Virus record (IMG/VR): IMGVR_UViG_3300031841_003153
From: an uncultured virus (IMG/VR IMGVR_UViG_3300031841_003153)
Lineage: Duplodnaviria; Heunggongvirae; Uroviricota; Caudoviricetes
Reading direction: 5' to 3' (one strand)
Length of the DNA stretch: 55,112 nt
Positions 38,739-47,290 of this stretch are shown piece after piece (positions within the stretch are counted from its first letter, which is position 1; the number at the start of each line of letters is the position of its first letter). A model generated the notes under the pieces. It ran no database searches, was not told where the DNA came from, and saw nothing but the letters and a program-made list of their open reading frames with translations. Made by a program: the position numbers and the translations under genes.

Positions 38739-39543
38739 TGTTTTCCTCATCCTGTCTTATTAGTGTTTCCGGGGTGAGAAACGGCTGATCTACAGCATCG
38801 TCCTCATATGTGTGGTACTGAGAAAGGCGTTCTTTCTCTGCATTGGCGGCTAGTCGCATTTTTTCCATATCTATACCAATCTTAGTACGAAATTCGGAAT
38901 CTGTTGCAAGCTGTTTCACAAGTGCAGCAAAAGTTTGCTTGCTGTCTTCAATAGCCTTGATTCTTTGCTCTCTGGTTCCTTTCAGATCTTTCAGCATCGT
39001 TGCTTTGCGAGTCTGGAGATCCTTGTAGTCTTTGCTAAGAGTTTCTTGCGATGCCCTCAGAACAGCTACCTGACGCTCCAAGTTCATAATAAGGTCTGTG
39101 TCCCACTGATCCCTGTCAACCTGCTTTGCGTCATGGACCATTTGTTCATAAACTGATATTTGAGATTGATTATCGGCCTGCCCCTTTAAGATCCTATTCA
39201 TAAGGATTTCCAGCTTGATTGTGTCGATAATCTGCATTTCCTCGGTGTGGAACACATCGTCCTTGAACTGACTCCACATTTTCTTAAAGTGAAACTCAAA
39301 CATTTCCAATTCTGGTTCAGAAAACTGTGCTTTGAGTTCACGGTAGTAAGGTCGGCTCTTTAACTCATTGGCTACTTCGGCCTCTTTCTTTTGCTTTACA
39401 GAAAACCCTATGTTTTTGGCTATCCACTCTTTGACGCTATCTGGATCACGATCCAACTCAGAAGCTATTTCGATGATAGAAAGAACCTCGGCATTGGCCT
39501 CGATAAATTTCATATCCGAATTGGAAAATCTACCCTTTTTCAT
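38731..39543 (-). CDS. HTH/Myb-like plus coiled-coil protein (terminase small subunit candidate)
   Basis: N-terminal GRFSNSD...IASELDRDPDSVKEWI; helical C-terminus; upstream in packaging operon. Confidence 0.45.
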   Translation of the reverse strand: MKKGRFSNSDMKFIEANAEVLSIIEIASELDRDPDSVKEWIAKNIGFSVKQKKEAEVANELKSRPYYRELKAQFSEPELEMFEFHFKKMWSQFKDDVFHTEEMQIIDTIKLEILMNRILKGQADNQSQISVYEQMVHDAKQVDRDQWDTDLIMNLERQVAVLRASQETLSKDYKDLQTRKATMLKDLKGTREQRIKAIEDSKQTFAALVKQLATDSEFRTKIGIDMEKMRLAANAEKERLSQYHTYEDDAVDQPFLTPETLIRQDEENNE

Positions 39544-40058
39544 TCTTCAAACTCTCCGCTTATAATTTGCTCTACTACTTGAATTATATATGCCTTTCGG
39601 CTTTTGGGCAAAGAGGAGTTGCTCTGTAATTTTAAGTAATCACGTCTTAGATGAGATGGAAGCTTTCTATCAATCAATTCCATGATCTCTTTAAGGTGTA
39701 CTTCATTAGATGTACTATCTCTGGTGAATACACTATATATGGCCTCTATTGATACAGGCTCTAGTAACGCCTTTTTTCTATCTTGAATTTTTTGGGCACT
39801 TGTACCGTAATCTAAACGATAGTAGTTATCCCTCTTGAAAGTTTTAAGCCTATTATTTATATGTGTGTACATAAAGTTTTCCAAGGGGCGAGACGGATCA
39901 TATCTTTCAAGTCCACTAACACCAATAAGAAAAGCCTCTTGTTCTATATCCTCTACCTCATATCCTGCAAAAACATACTTTGGGGCTAGTTTTTTAGATA
40001 TCTTTAAAATCACCTCGGTAACATATTCCCGATCAAGTCCTTCTGGTATCCTCATCAA
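39540..40058 (-). CDS. Phage sigma70-family factor (candidate late sigma)
   Basis: Region-2-like EDIEQEAFLIGVSGLERYDPSRPLENFMYTHINNRL. Confidence 0.75.
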   Translation of the reverse strand: MMRIPEGLDREYVTEVILKISKKLAPKYVFAGYEVEDIEQEAFLIGVSGLERYDPSRPLENFMYTHINNRLKTFKRDNYYRLDYGTSAQKIQDRKKALLEPVSIEAIYSVFTRDSTSNEVHLKEIMELIDRKLPSHLRRDYLKLQSNSSLPKSRKAYIIQVVEQIISGEFEE

Positions 40059-40303
40059 TCAACCTCTTCGTCAACACTGTCCATTTCTGCCTCTGTTGAC
40101 GAATCTTGTACTGGTTCGCTTGTCTCATTATGAGACGACCATTGGATATCTTGTGAGCTTTTATCATTTAACTTTTGTATTTCCTCTACGGTTAGAGGTC
40201 TATCAGGAACATCTAAATCATTTGCAACAGATTTATCCAACGAGGCTGTGCTTTTTGTGCTTAATTTAAGCTGCGGGCTTGCACCCAACTTTTTCTTTGC
40301 CAT
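40055..40303 (-). CDS. Hypothetical protein
   Basis: 82 aa, AAGGTGA RBS, ATGA overlap with sigma gene. Confidence 0.6.
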   Translation of the reverse strand: MAKKKLGASPQLKLSTKSTASLDKSVANDLDVPDRPLTVEEIQKLNDKSSQDIQWSSHNETSEPVQDSSTEAEMDSVDEEVD

Positions 40304-40636
40304 TTTATCACCTTTGTTTGTATGTGAGCCAATGCGTCACATCTTGTTATAGTGTTTTTCCGTAGGTTTTACACATTTTAAAGGTATTTTGAAGTAAAGT
40401 GGGGCAGAAAGAAGCATTCACAGGGGCAGTCTTTGGGGTTTGGGTGGGACATATATTTTTATTTGGGGCCAATTTTGTCTAAACCACCCAGCCGATTTGT
40501 CAATACTAAAAGCAAAAAAAACCTGAAAATAAAATTACCCCCTTTTTTCAGAATTATGCTGTAGACCTATTGACAATCTTGCCGATCTATGTATAATAAG
40601 GGCATACAAGAGACAACAACAACTAAGGAAAACATT

Positions 40637-40768
40637 ATGACAAGTTACGAAAAAGCAATTGCAGAAGTTAAAGAAATGGTCAAAAACGGATCGACTTTGA
40701 GAGAAGCTATCAAAGACGTAGCTTCAGAGTTCGGATTCTTTGAAGCAGAATTATGGGAAGAATTTTAG
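40637..40768 (+). CDS. Small early protein (43 aa)
   Basis: Promoter, CA-rich leader, AAGGAA, then MTSYEKAIAEVKEMVKNG...WEEF. Confidence 0.65.
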   Translation: MTSYEKAIAEVKEMVKNGSTLREAIKDVASEFGFFEAELWEEF

Positions 40769-40856
40769 GATTTTACCCTATTGGGACTTGACAAAACAAC
40801 CGATATCTGTATAATAGAAGCATACAAGAGACAACAACAACTAAACGAGAAAAACA

Positions 40857-41087
40857 ATGACTTTCAAAATGAACGACGAAGTAGTAAACAACATCCTTGC
40901 AATCACTGAGGAACACGGTTTTGAAACCGTTTCCGATTGGGCTGAGTTTGAGGGAGGGCTACACTTCGTTGTGGAAACTATCCAGAACGAACTGTGGTTA
41001 GACTACGATCTGTACTATGATGATCTGGAAGATGCTTGCGATTGGTTGTTTGACCGCGAACAACGACTAGAGCGATTGGAAAACTAA
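40857..41087 (+). CDS. Acidic small early protein
   Basis: Own promoter; D/E- and aromatic-rich 76 aa. Confidence 0.7.
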   Translation: MTFKMNDEVVNNILAITEEHGFETVSDWAEFEGGLHFVVETIQNELWLDYDLYYDDLEDACDWLFDREQRLERLEN

Positions 41088-41190
41088 TCAGAAAAACTTT
41101 CTGATTTTAGGCTAAAGGCTCTTGACAAACTAGCCGATAACTGTATAATAGAAGCATACAACAAACAACAACTAACTAAGGTAAAACATT

Positions 41191-41397
41191 ATGACTAACT
41201 TTCAAAACTTCATCAACAGCGTCGATTGCACCGCCAACATCACCGTAAGCGGCAACGCTTGTAAGGTTGGTTGGACTCACACCACCACCGCCAACAACGT
41301 TTCCATTAACGGAGATCGTGTTATGATGTACGATCACAAGATTAAACGATATATCCACACTCAAATAAAAGATATAAAATCTTTCAAATTGGCCTAA
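41191..41397 (+). CDS. Small early protein (possible SH3/WYL-like beta fold)
   Basis: Own promoter, AAGGT RBS; MYDHKIKRYIHTQIKDIKSF. Confidence 0.65.
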   Translation: MTNFQNFINSVDCTANITVSGNACKVGWTHTTTANNVSINGDRVMMYDHKIKRYIHTQIKDIKSFKLA

Positions 41398-41474
41398 TCA
41401 GCTATTGACAATGCGGACGATAACTGTATAATAGAAGCATACAAGAGACAACAACTACTAACTAAGGTAATAAG

Positions 41475-41630
41475 ATGAAAAAGTTTTTAACAGCTAAAGA
41501 GACTGAGGGAATGACCCTCGACCAATTCGTTGCCGCAATGCGGGAAGGTAAGGTAGAAGTGAAGCCGGAAGGTTCACACGAACCTACAGCCGATCAGGTT
41601 ACTATGGGTGGGCGATTCGGTTGCGAGTGA
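41475..41630 (+). CDS. Small early protein (51 aa)
   Basis: Promoter, AAGGT; MKKFLTAK...EPTADQVTMGGRFGCE. Confidence 0.65.
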   Translation: MKKFLTAKETEGMTLDQFVAAMREGKVEVKPEGSHEPTADQVTMGGRFGCE

Positions 41631-41685
41631 TTCGCCACTGTCAATAGCAAATCCAGAAAATAACTAGGTTTTCTGGAAATCGACG

Positions 41686-41762
41686 TAAGTCCTTACGTAT
41701 CAACGACTTAGGACAAAAATCGGGGCGGCGATTGACGTAACTCCTTATACAGCAACGACTTA
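41686..41762. repeat. 77-bp double-palindrome element, copy 1
   Basis: TAAGTCCTT-N7-AACGACTTA, 27 bp, TAACTCCTT-N7-AACGACTTA. Confidence 0.9.
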
Positions 41763-41992
41763 CAACGATTCTTAAAAACTTTCGGAATTGTGCAGATTTG
41801 GTATTGACATCTACATATCGCAATATCACGATATATCATGACATAAAACCATATGTCCTACCCCATATAATAGGGGTATATGGATAACAGCCAGTGCCAG
41901 TGGTCAGCCAATAATGCAAAAAACTTTGATAAAATTCTAGAAAATAGGCGTACAGGGGTTGACAAATCCTGAAAAGTATGTATAATAGGGGC

Positions 41993-42148
41993 ATGAAAGA
42001 AAGAAAAGAATACGATCACAAATGTTGCTTCTGCGGTAAAAACATGAAATCCGCTGAGAAGCCTCACCCATCATTGAAGGTTTCACACGTCGAGTGTGCT
42101 TTCGAGGCTTGCAAAAAAGTTCGGGAAAAAGTTCAGAATAACTGCTGA
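41993..42148 (+). CDS. Small Cys/His protein, probably leaderless (51 aa)
   Basis: ATG 6 nt after TATAAT; CCFCG...HVEC. Confidence 0.55.
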   Translation: MKERKEYDHKCCFCGKNMKSAEKPHPSLKVSHVECAFEACKKVREKVQNNC

Positions 42149-42221
42149 ACCCTCTTGACAAATGACGATATATAGTATATAATAAGAGCATAACAACAAC
42201 ACTACTACAAAAGGTAAAAAC

Positions 42222-42419
42222 ATGTTTAACGTAGAATTTGAAAACCAAAACGGCGACTGGGCTTTCCGCACTTTCAACACTCAGCAAGCCGCTGACGTGT
42301 TCGCCAAGAACGCCGAGATGCAGGGTTGCAAGATCCTGTTTTGCGGCAATCCTCGCGACGTGTTGGGAGAGCCTACATGGAGCAGCGTGACAATGGATGG
42401 TCGCTTCTCCTGCGATTGA
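42222..42419 (+). CDS. Small early protein
   Basis: Promoter, AAGGT; ends EPTWSSVTMDGRFSCD. Confidence 0.7.
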   Translation: MFNVEFENQNGDWAFRTFNTQQAADVFAKNAEMQGCKILFCGNPRDVLGEPTWSSVTMDGRFSCD

Positions 42420-42426
42420 TTGACAC

Positions 42427-42505
42427 AATCGGATATCCTACCGATTCCAAATAAATTAGGTTCTAGGAATTTAACCGCAAGTTATACTAGGTAATCAAAA
42501 CTGCG
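42427..42505 (+). ncRNA. Tandem double-pseudoknot RNA, copy A
   Basis: Covarying helices with copy at 45383-45462. Confidence 0.65.
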
Positions 42506-42550
42506 ACACTAACACACTAACACACTAACACACTAACACACTACACACTA
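42506..42550 (+). repeat. ACACTAAC tandem repeat (4 perfect plus 2 partial) in a 5' leader
   Basis: Direct reading. Confidence 0.85.
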
Positions 42551-42561
42551 GAGAAAACATT

Positions 42562-42735
42562 ATGAAACAAGATCGTGAACTAGCTGAAATGGCAAAGGCC
42601 GAGCAAGAGGAACTAGACTCGCAAGAGCTTGCCTATCATTGCACCACCCTATCACAAGAGGAAGTAGTGGAGCTATACGTTTCACTCGCTCGCGAGACTG
42701 GCAAGCTACGCCAAGAGATAGACTACAAGTTCTAG
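42562..42735 (+). CDS. Small helical protein (57 aa), possible paralog of 46208-46399
   Basis: MKQDRELAEMAKAEQEELDSQELAYHC... versus ...VKAEQQFLDEQMYRRNLEHC... Confidence 0.6.
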   Translation: MKQDRELAEMAKAEQEELDSQELAYHCTTLSQEEVVELYVSLARETGKLRQEIDYKF

Positions 42736-42745
42736 TCAATAGCCA

Positions 42746-42822
42746 TAAGTCCTTACCACACAACGACTTAGGTGAGGTAGGGCCGCCCCGATTGACGTAA
42801 GTGCTTACACAGCAACGACTTA
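42746..42822. repeat. 77-bp element, copy 2
   Basis: 25+27+25 bp. Confidence 0.9.
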
Positions 42823-42966
42823 CGACGATTAGAATTATTTCTTAAAAACTTTCGGAATTAGGGTGCAGAGGGGTTGACAAATCTGCCGATATATGTATAA
42901 TAGGGGAGTCAAGCAGAGAGGAAAGCACCTAGCCGACTGGCAGGCCGCTCTCGGAAGTCTCGACAC

Positions 42967-42980
42967 TGATCTTTGACAAT
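42967..42980 (+). promoter_or_regulatory. boxA-like antitermination site TGATCTTTGACAAT
   Basis: Also at 47403 and 47639; resembles rrn boxA; precedes RNA cluster. Confidence 0.5.
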
Positions 42981-43124
42981 TTGGTTGTTTTTTTCATTTT
43001 CACTGGCGAAAGCCCTTGACAAATGACGATAACTATGGTATAATGATAAAATGTTAAACGCGAGTCGGGCAAGATGTCCCGATCTGTAAGATCAGACAAA
43101 TTCACAAAATCGCGAACAATACAA

Positions 43125-43179
43125 GAGGCAAACCAACAGGTCGGCTTATGCTTAACGGCAGGTTGGATAGTAAGTCCTC
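43125..43179 (+). ncRNA. Structured RNA (GAGGCAAACC family), copy A
   Basis: Near-identical copy at 47959-48013 with compensatory stem change. Confidence 0.65.
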
Positions 43180-43256
43180 ACCAATACAATACGGGGCTTC
43201 TCAAAGGCGAGAGCCGGACGCTACTGCGTTTCACAGAGTTTATTTCTAACCCTTTA

Positions 43257-43329
43257 GCGGGGGTTGACCTAACAGGCGTGAGACGTTGCCGGTGTAAGGC
43301 AGGTTCGATTCCTGCAAGCCTCTGCCCAC
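43257..43329 (+). ncRNA. tRNA-like RNA (T-arm, long acceptor-like stem, CCA)
   Basis: GCAGG-TTCGATT-CCTGC; GCGGGGGTT/AGCCTCTGC; ends CCA; no canonical D or anticodon arm. Confidence 0.5.
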
Positions 43330-43335
43330 AATACA

Positions 43336-43590
43336 ATGTTTAAGTGTGTTATCACTGAACACTTTGGTCCCTTTAACGGGTTTGGCGGTTACGGTTCGAT
43401 CACTCAGGTCGGAATGGATCGCTCACCCGCTAAGGCAGTCGCCAAGGCTAAGGCTTGGAACATCACTGACGGTAAAGCTATCAGGCGATACGTCAATGAG
43501 AGTCCTGCCGGTGCTGGCGGTGGCGTTCCAATTATGACTGATTTCACCTTGCTAAAAAACGGCAAGGTAGTCAAGCAAACTTGGGATTGA
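43336..43590 (+). CDS. Small early protein
   Basis: 84-aa ORF after RNA cluster. Confidence 0.6.
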   Translation: MFKCVITEHFGPFNGFGGYGSITQVGMDRSPAKAVAKAKAWNITDGKAIRRYVNESPAGAGGGVPIMTDFTLLKNGKVVKQTWD

Positions 43591-43620
43591 CCTAGTGTGA
43601 AGTCGTCGGCCTTTCGAGGT

Positions 43621-43661
43621 TGTGGAGTTTGATAAGCTCTGTCGTAATCACTCAATTATCA
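43621..43661 (+). ncRNA. 3'-UTR pseudoknot element, copy A
   Basis: Covaries with 48263-48303. Confidence 0.55.
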
Positions 43662-43690
43662 CAAAATTTTCATTTTCCTCTTGACAACCG

Positions 43691-43767
43691 TAAGTCCTTA
43701 TATACCAACGACTTAGAGCGGACCGGGCAGCCCAGATCGACGTAAGTCCTTATATACCAACGACTTA
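43691..43767. repeat. 77-bp element, copy 3
   Basis: Two identical boxes TAAGTCCTTATATACCAACGACTTA, 27 bp apart. Confidence 0.9.
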
Positions 43768-43969
43768 CATCAAACACCGGCGAACACCAGCACCCCAGCA
43801 AATACCATGCCAAAGCCTGTCTTTTCTAAAGTAAAAAGACTATGTTTCACAGCCAGCGGTCAGTAAACTTTGATAAAATTATATAAAAATAGTGGCGTAG
43901 GGGTTGACAAACAGTCGATATTATGTATAATAGAGGACATACAACAAACAACTCTTTAAGGTAAAAATT

Positions 43970-44104
43970 ATGACTCACAAAATCATCACCCTCTGCATCG
44001 ACGCTCTTATTCAACTTGCTTCCACCAAGGGCAATAGTGGGCAATTCAACCGCGACGTAGACGACGCAATAAAATCTTTGCGAAATGTCAAGAAATACCT
44101 TTAG
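43970..44104 (+). CDS. Small early protein (44 aa)
   Basis: Promoter, AAGGT; MTHKIITLCID... Confidence 0.6.
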   Translation: MTHKIITLCIDALIQLASTKGNSGQFNRDVDDAIKSLRNVKKYL

Positions 44105-44170
44105 AACCTCTTGACAAATGACGATAAGTATGGTATAATAAGAGCATAACAAGTTAAGGATTTTAAGATT

Positions 44171-44674
44171 ATGAAAAAAGCATTTGTATTTGATTTTGAT
44201 GACACTCTCGCAACCACCGATTGCAAGGTTATCGTTCGTCGTCGAAACTCCATTGGTGGAAGGTTTACTGTTCGTAAATTGACTCCTGCTGAGTTCAATA
44301 CTGACGTTCTCGCAGACGGTGAAGAATATGACTTTTCCGAGTTCCGTTCTGCTGAGTTCATCCGTTCGGCTAACCCTACTTTTCTTATGGCTCTTGCCCA
44401 AGAGGTTCACAATGAAGGGCATAGCGTTTATGTTCTTACTGCTCGTGCTGATAATGTGGCCGATGCAATCACTAGCTGGTTGCTTGGTTTTGGTGTTAAA
44501 CCTGTTCGCGTTTTCGGTGTTGGTTCCGATGATAAAAAGGTAGACATTCCAGCAGAAAAGCAAAAGGTTTTGAGAACCTTAAATCAGCTTTTCGATGTTG
44601 TCTACTTTTACGATGATGACCAACACAATGTTGACCTTGCTGGTCAAGTTGGTGTCAAGACCTATTTGGTATAA
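44171..44674 (+). CDS. HAD-superfamily phosphatase
   Basis: Motif I FDFDDTL, motif II VLTAR, conserved Lys, motif IV FYDDDQHN. Confidence 0.85.
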   Translation: MKKAFVFDFDDTLATTDCKVIVRRRNSIGGRFTVRKLTPAEFNTDVLADGEEYDFSEFRSAEFIRSANPTFLMALAQEVHNEGHSVYVLTARADNVADAITSWLLGFGVKPVRVFGVGSDDKKVDIPAEKQKVLRTLNQLFDVVYFYDDDQHNVDLAGQVGVKTYLV

Positions 44675-44687
44675 TTGAGGTAAAATT

Positions 44688-44825
44688 ATGAAAGTTTATG
44701 TTGTTTTATATGATGATTACGAAATGCTTGAGGTTGTGGGCGTCTTTATCAATGAGGGTGAGGCCGAGAAGGTAGCAGCAACAAGCAACAAATACTACAT
44801 ACGAGAATCCACTTTGATGAAGTAA
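44688..44825 (+). CDS. Small protein (45 aa)
   Basis: GAGG RBS; MKVYVVLYDDYE...; its TAA stop is the first 3 nt of element copy 4. Confidence 0.6.
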   Translation: MKVYVVLYDDYEMLEVVGVFINEGEAEKVAATSNKYYIRESTLMK

Positions 44826-44899
44826 GTCCTTTGGTGGCAACGACTTAGGGCAAAAATTGTTGCGGCGATTGACGTAACTCCTTATACACCAACGACTTA
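44823..44899. repeat. 77-bp element, copy 4
   Basis: 25+27+25 bp. Confidence 0.9.
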
Positions 44900-44985
44900 C
44901 GACACAAACAAAAAACTTTGATAAAATTATGAGAAAATGGTGGTGTAGGGGTTGACAAATCGACGATATAGTGTATAATAGAAGT

Positions 44986-45108
44986 ATGAAATTTAAGAAA
45001 TCACGACAAATGATCGCCTTTTGGAACATCTTCGCCTATGGCGGAAATCGCCCCACTAATGTCACCCCCGCACGTTGGGCAGCAATTTGCAAATTCTTTG
45101 AGAATAAT
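44986..45108 (+). CDS. Small leaderless ORF (40 aa)
   Basis: ATG 6 nt after TATAAT. Confidence 0.5.
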
Positions 45109-45209
45109 CTCTAAGATTGACCTAACGTGTCACTACCATAGACGATAATACTAATATAAGAGATCAACGGTTGATCTCAAATTCATTCCTCTAACCAAAG
45201 GTATTTGTT

Positions 45210-45374
45210 ATGACTTATAAGACAAACAACTACTACTGGGACTCAGTTGCTAACCGCAAGCCGGTTGCTCCCGAAACCCCCGCACAACGTGCGGATCGCA
45301 AGCAGCGTGAAGCTGATGCGTATGCTGCTTATGTAGCAAAGTACGGGCATAGCCCATTCAAACGCACCAAGTAG
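45210..45374 (+). CDS. Small protein (54 aa)
   Basis: AAGGT RBS; MTYKTNNYYWDS... Confidence 0.6.
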   Translation: MTYKTNNYYWDSVANRKPVAPETPAQRADRKQREADAYAAYVAKYGHSPFKRTK

Positions 45375-45382
45375 TGCGGCTT

Positions 45383-45462
45383 ACTCGGATCTCCTGCCGA
45401 ATATAAATAAATCAGGTCTTGGAAGTTAAACGGTAAGTTGTACCAAGCAATCAAAACTACCG
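45383..45462 (+). ncRNA. Tandem double-pseudoknot RNA, copy B
   Basis: Covaries with 42427-42505. Confidence 0.65.
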
Positions 45463-45503
45463 CCCAACAACATTCTTTACAACACTTACCAAAGGTAAAC
45501 ATT

Positions 45504-45734
45504 ATGACTACTAAACAATTTGACGTAACCTACATCAATCCTTTCAGCGGTCGCGAAGTGACCGAGGTTGAGGTTTCCGCCAACTACCTATCACAAAACG
45601 ATAGCGGCGAAACCGTTTTTCGTATGAACGACTTTCATCCCGCTTGCGAAGTGGTGCGAGTCGTTGAGGTTTCACAGGCTCGGCTTGACGCTAAGGCTGC
45701 ATACTTCGCTCGTTGGGGTACTGCAAATGAGTGA
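45504..45734 (+). CDS. Small protein (76 aa)
   Basis: AAGGT RBS before MTTKQFDV. Confidence 0.65.
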   Translation: MTTKQFDVTYINPFSGREVTEVEVSANYLSQNDSGETVFRMNDFHPACEVVRVVEVSQARLDAKAAYFARWGTANE

Positions 45735-45890
45735 GTTTTTCTCTACTGCGTTTGACTTGTTTATGATCTGCATCTCCGCATTCGCGTTTATGTGCGGGGT
45801 AATGTCAGTTGTTTATATGCTTTTACATTGGAGCTAATTATAGCGGGCGTTCTGTCAATAGACATTTTCCAAATTTTCTCAGAATAGTCA

Positions 45891-45967
45891 TAAGTCCTTG
45901 TGCAGCAACGACTTAGGGCGTCGGCGGCTGCCCGGATCGACGTAACTCCTTACACACCAACAACTTA
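45891..45967. repeat. 77-bp element, copy 5
   Basis: 25+27+25 bp. Confidence 0.9.
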
Positions 45968-46207
45968 CAACTATTTTGTCTTTTCTAAACTTTTCCGATA
46001 GAAATTGACCAGACTTGTCATACCGATGTGCGATAATATAAGTAAGGAGATAACGAAATGGAAATTGTAATTTGTAGTGCGGCAGCTTTGGTGATGGTTC
46101 AAGTTTTTATGATAATCTTTGAAGAAAGTAAGAGATAGGGCTTGACAAATGCCGATAAGTATGGTATAATAATAGTATAACAAAAACAACAACAAAAGGT
46201 AAAAACT

Positions 46208-46399
46208 ATGAAACTTGAAAACGACCCACAATTCCAAGCCGAAGTTAAAGCCGAACAACAGTTCCTCGACGAACAAATGTACCGGCGTAACTTGGAGCAT
46301 TGCACTAAAGAACAACTCCTCGAACTGTGTATCGGCCTGCTCCACAGCGAAAAAGAGAAGCGGGAAGAATTGGATAAAATTCACGGAATTATCCGATAG
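46208..46399 (+). CDS. Small helical protein
   Basis: Promoter and AAGGT RBS. Confidence 0.7.
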   Translation: MKLENDPQFQAEVKAEQQFLDEQMYRRNLEHCTKEQLLELCIGLLHSEKEKREELDKIHGIIR

Positions 46400-46471
46400 A
46401 CCCCTTGACAAATAGCGATAAGTATGCTATAATAGGGGCATACAACACACAACACTTTTAAAGGTTTTACT

Positions 46472-46876
46472 ATGAAATTTGAAAACACCATCGGCGGAAA
46501 ACTGGTTGCCGAACTTCGCCAAGCTACCCGCGAATTGATCGTGGTTCCTAACTCTTGCCTACCTGCCGAAATGCACGATAACGTGCGTGGCGGTCGTACT
46601 CTTGCACGTTTGGAAGAACTGTGTGAGAAGCGTGACGGTATCACCGCTCACACAAAACTCAAGGCTCTAAAGGCTCGCAACGTCGAGCGTTTGGCTGCTC
46701 AAGTAGAAGCGAAAAGCGTTTTTGCTGCTCATGGTGATTTCGTCGATCTTACCGGCGAATTGGATTACTCGGATAACGAGTGCGATGATTTGCAGTTGAC
46801 CAAAAATATGCAAGCCTTGGTTGGCGGCATGGTCAACGGTGGATTGATCGACGCTGACGATCTTTTGGAGGATTGA
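46472..46876 (+). CDS. Hypothetical early protein
   Basis: Promoter and AAGG RBS, 134 aa. Confidence 0.75.
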   Translation: MKFENTIGGKLVAELRQATRELIVVPNSCLPAEMHDNVRGGRTLARLEELCEKRDGITAHTKLKALKARNVERLAAQVEAKSVFAAHGDFVDLTGELDYSDNECDDLQLTKNMQALVGGMVNGGLIDADDLLED

Positions 46877-46880
46877 TTTT

Positions 46881-47150
46881 ATGAAAATTCAACTAGCCGC
46901 ACTTGCAAGACTTCGCACAAACTCCACCGCGATGTTTGAATTTCCCGCTGAATGGGGCGAATTTGATTTTACGGATACCAACGAGCAGATTCGTGCTTGT
47001 GAATTGATTATGTCTGAAACTGGTGCTATGTGGATTCCTGTAGCATACGCAGAAGCACACAACGAAACCCAGATAGAGCAGTTCCGTGATTCAGTTTTAA
47101 AGCAGATGGGTGATATACCTGCCTGTGACGTAGAACAAAAGTGGGAATAA
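46881..47150 (+). CDS. Hypothetical protein
   Basis: GGAGG RBS, 89 aa. Confidence 0.7.
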   Translation: MKIQLAALARLRTNSTAMFEFPAEWGEFDFTDTNEQIRACELIMSETGAMWIPVAYAEAHNETQIEQFRDSVLKQMGDIPACDVEQKWE

Positions 47151-47213
47151 TGCTTGTCAACCCCAAAACCTTCTATTTTCTCAATTTTTTTATAGCTTTT
47201 TTTCTTGCTGTCG

Positions 47214-47290
47214 TAAGTCGTTTACTGGCAACGACTTAGGTCGGCGGCGGCTGCGGCGGGCGACGTAAGTCCTTTCATACCAACAACTTA
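47214..47290. repeat. 77-bp element, copy 6
   Basis: First box has perfect arms TAAGTCGTT/AACGACTTA. Confidence 0.9.

Noticed and set aside
384..40269. Plus-strand ORFs and short alternative-frame minus ORFs within the late region
   Set aside because: Shadows of long coherent minus-strand genes with no independent support
43125..43179. c-di-GMP-I (GEMM) riboswitch suggested by GGCAAACC
   Set aside because: Lacks the GNRA-capped first hairpin and the second hairpin with tetraloop receptor; the fold is nested instead
43074..43343. 89-aa ORF here and 60-aa ORF at 47563-47745
   Set aside because: They overlap structured RNA modules and boxA; the duplicated RNA is conserved without the reading frame
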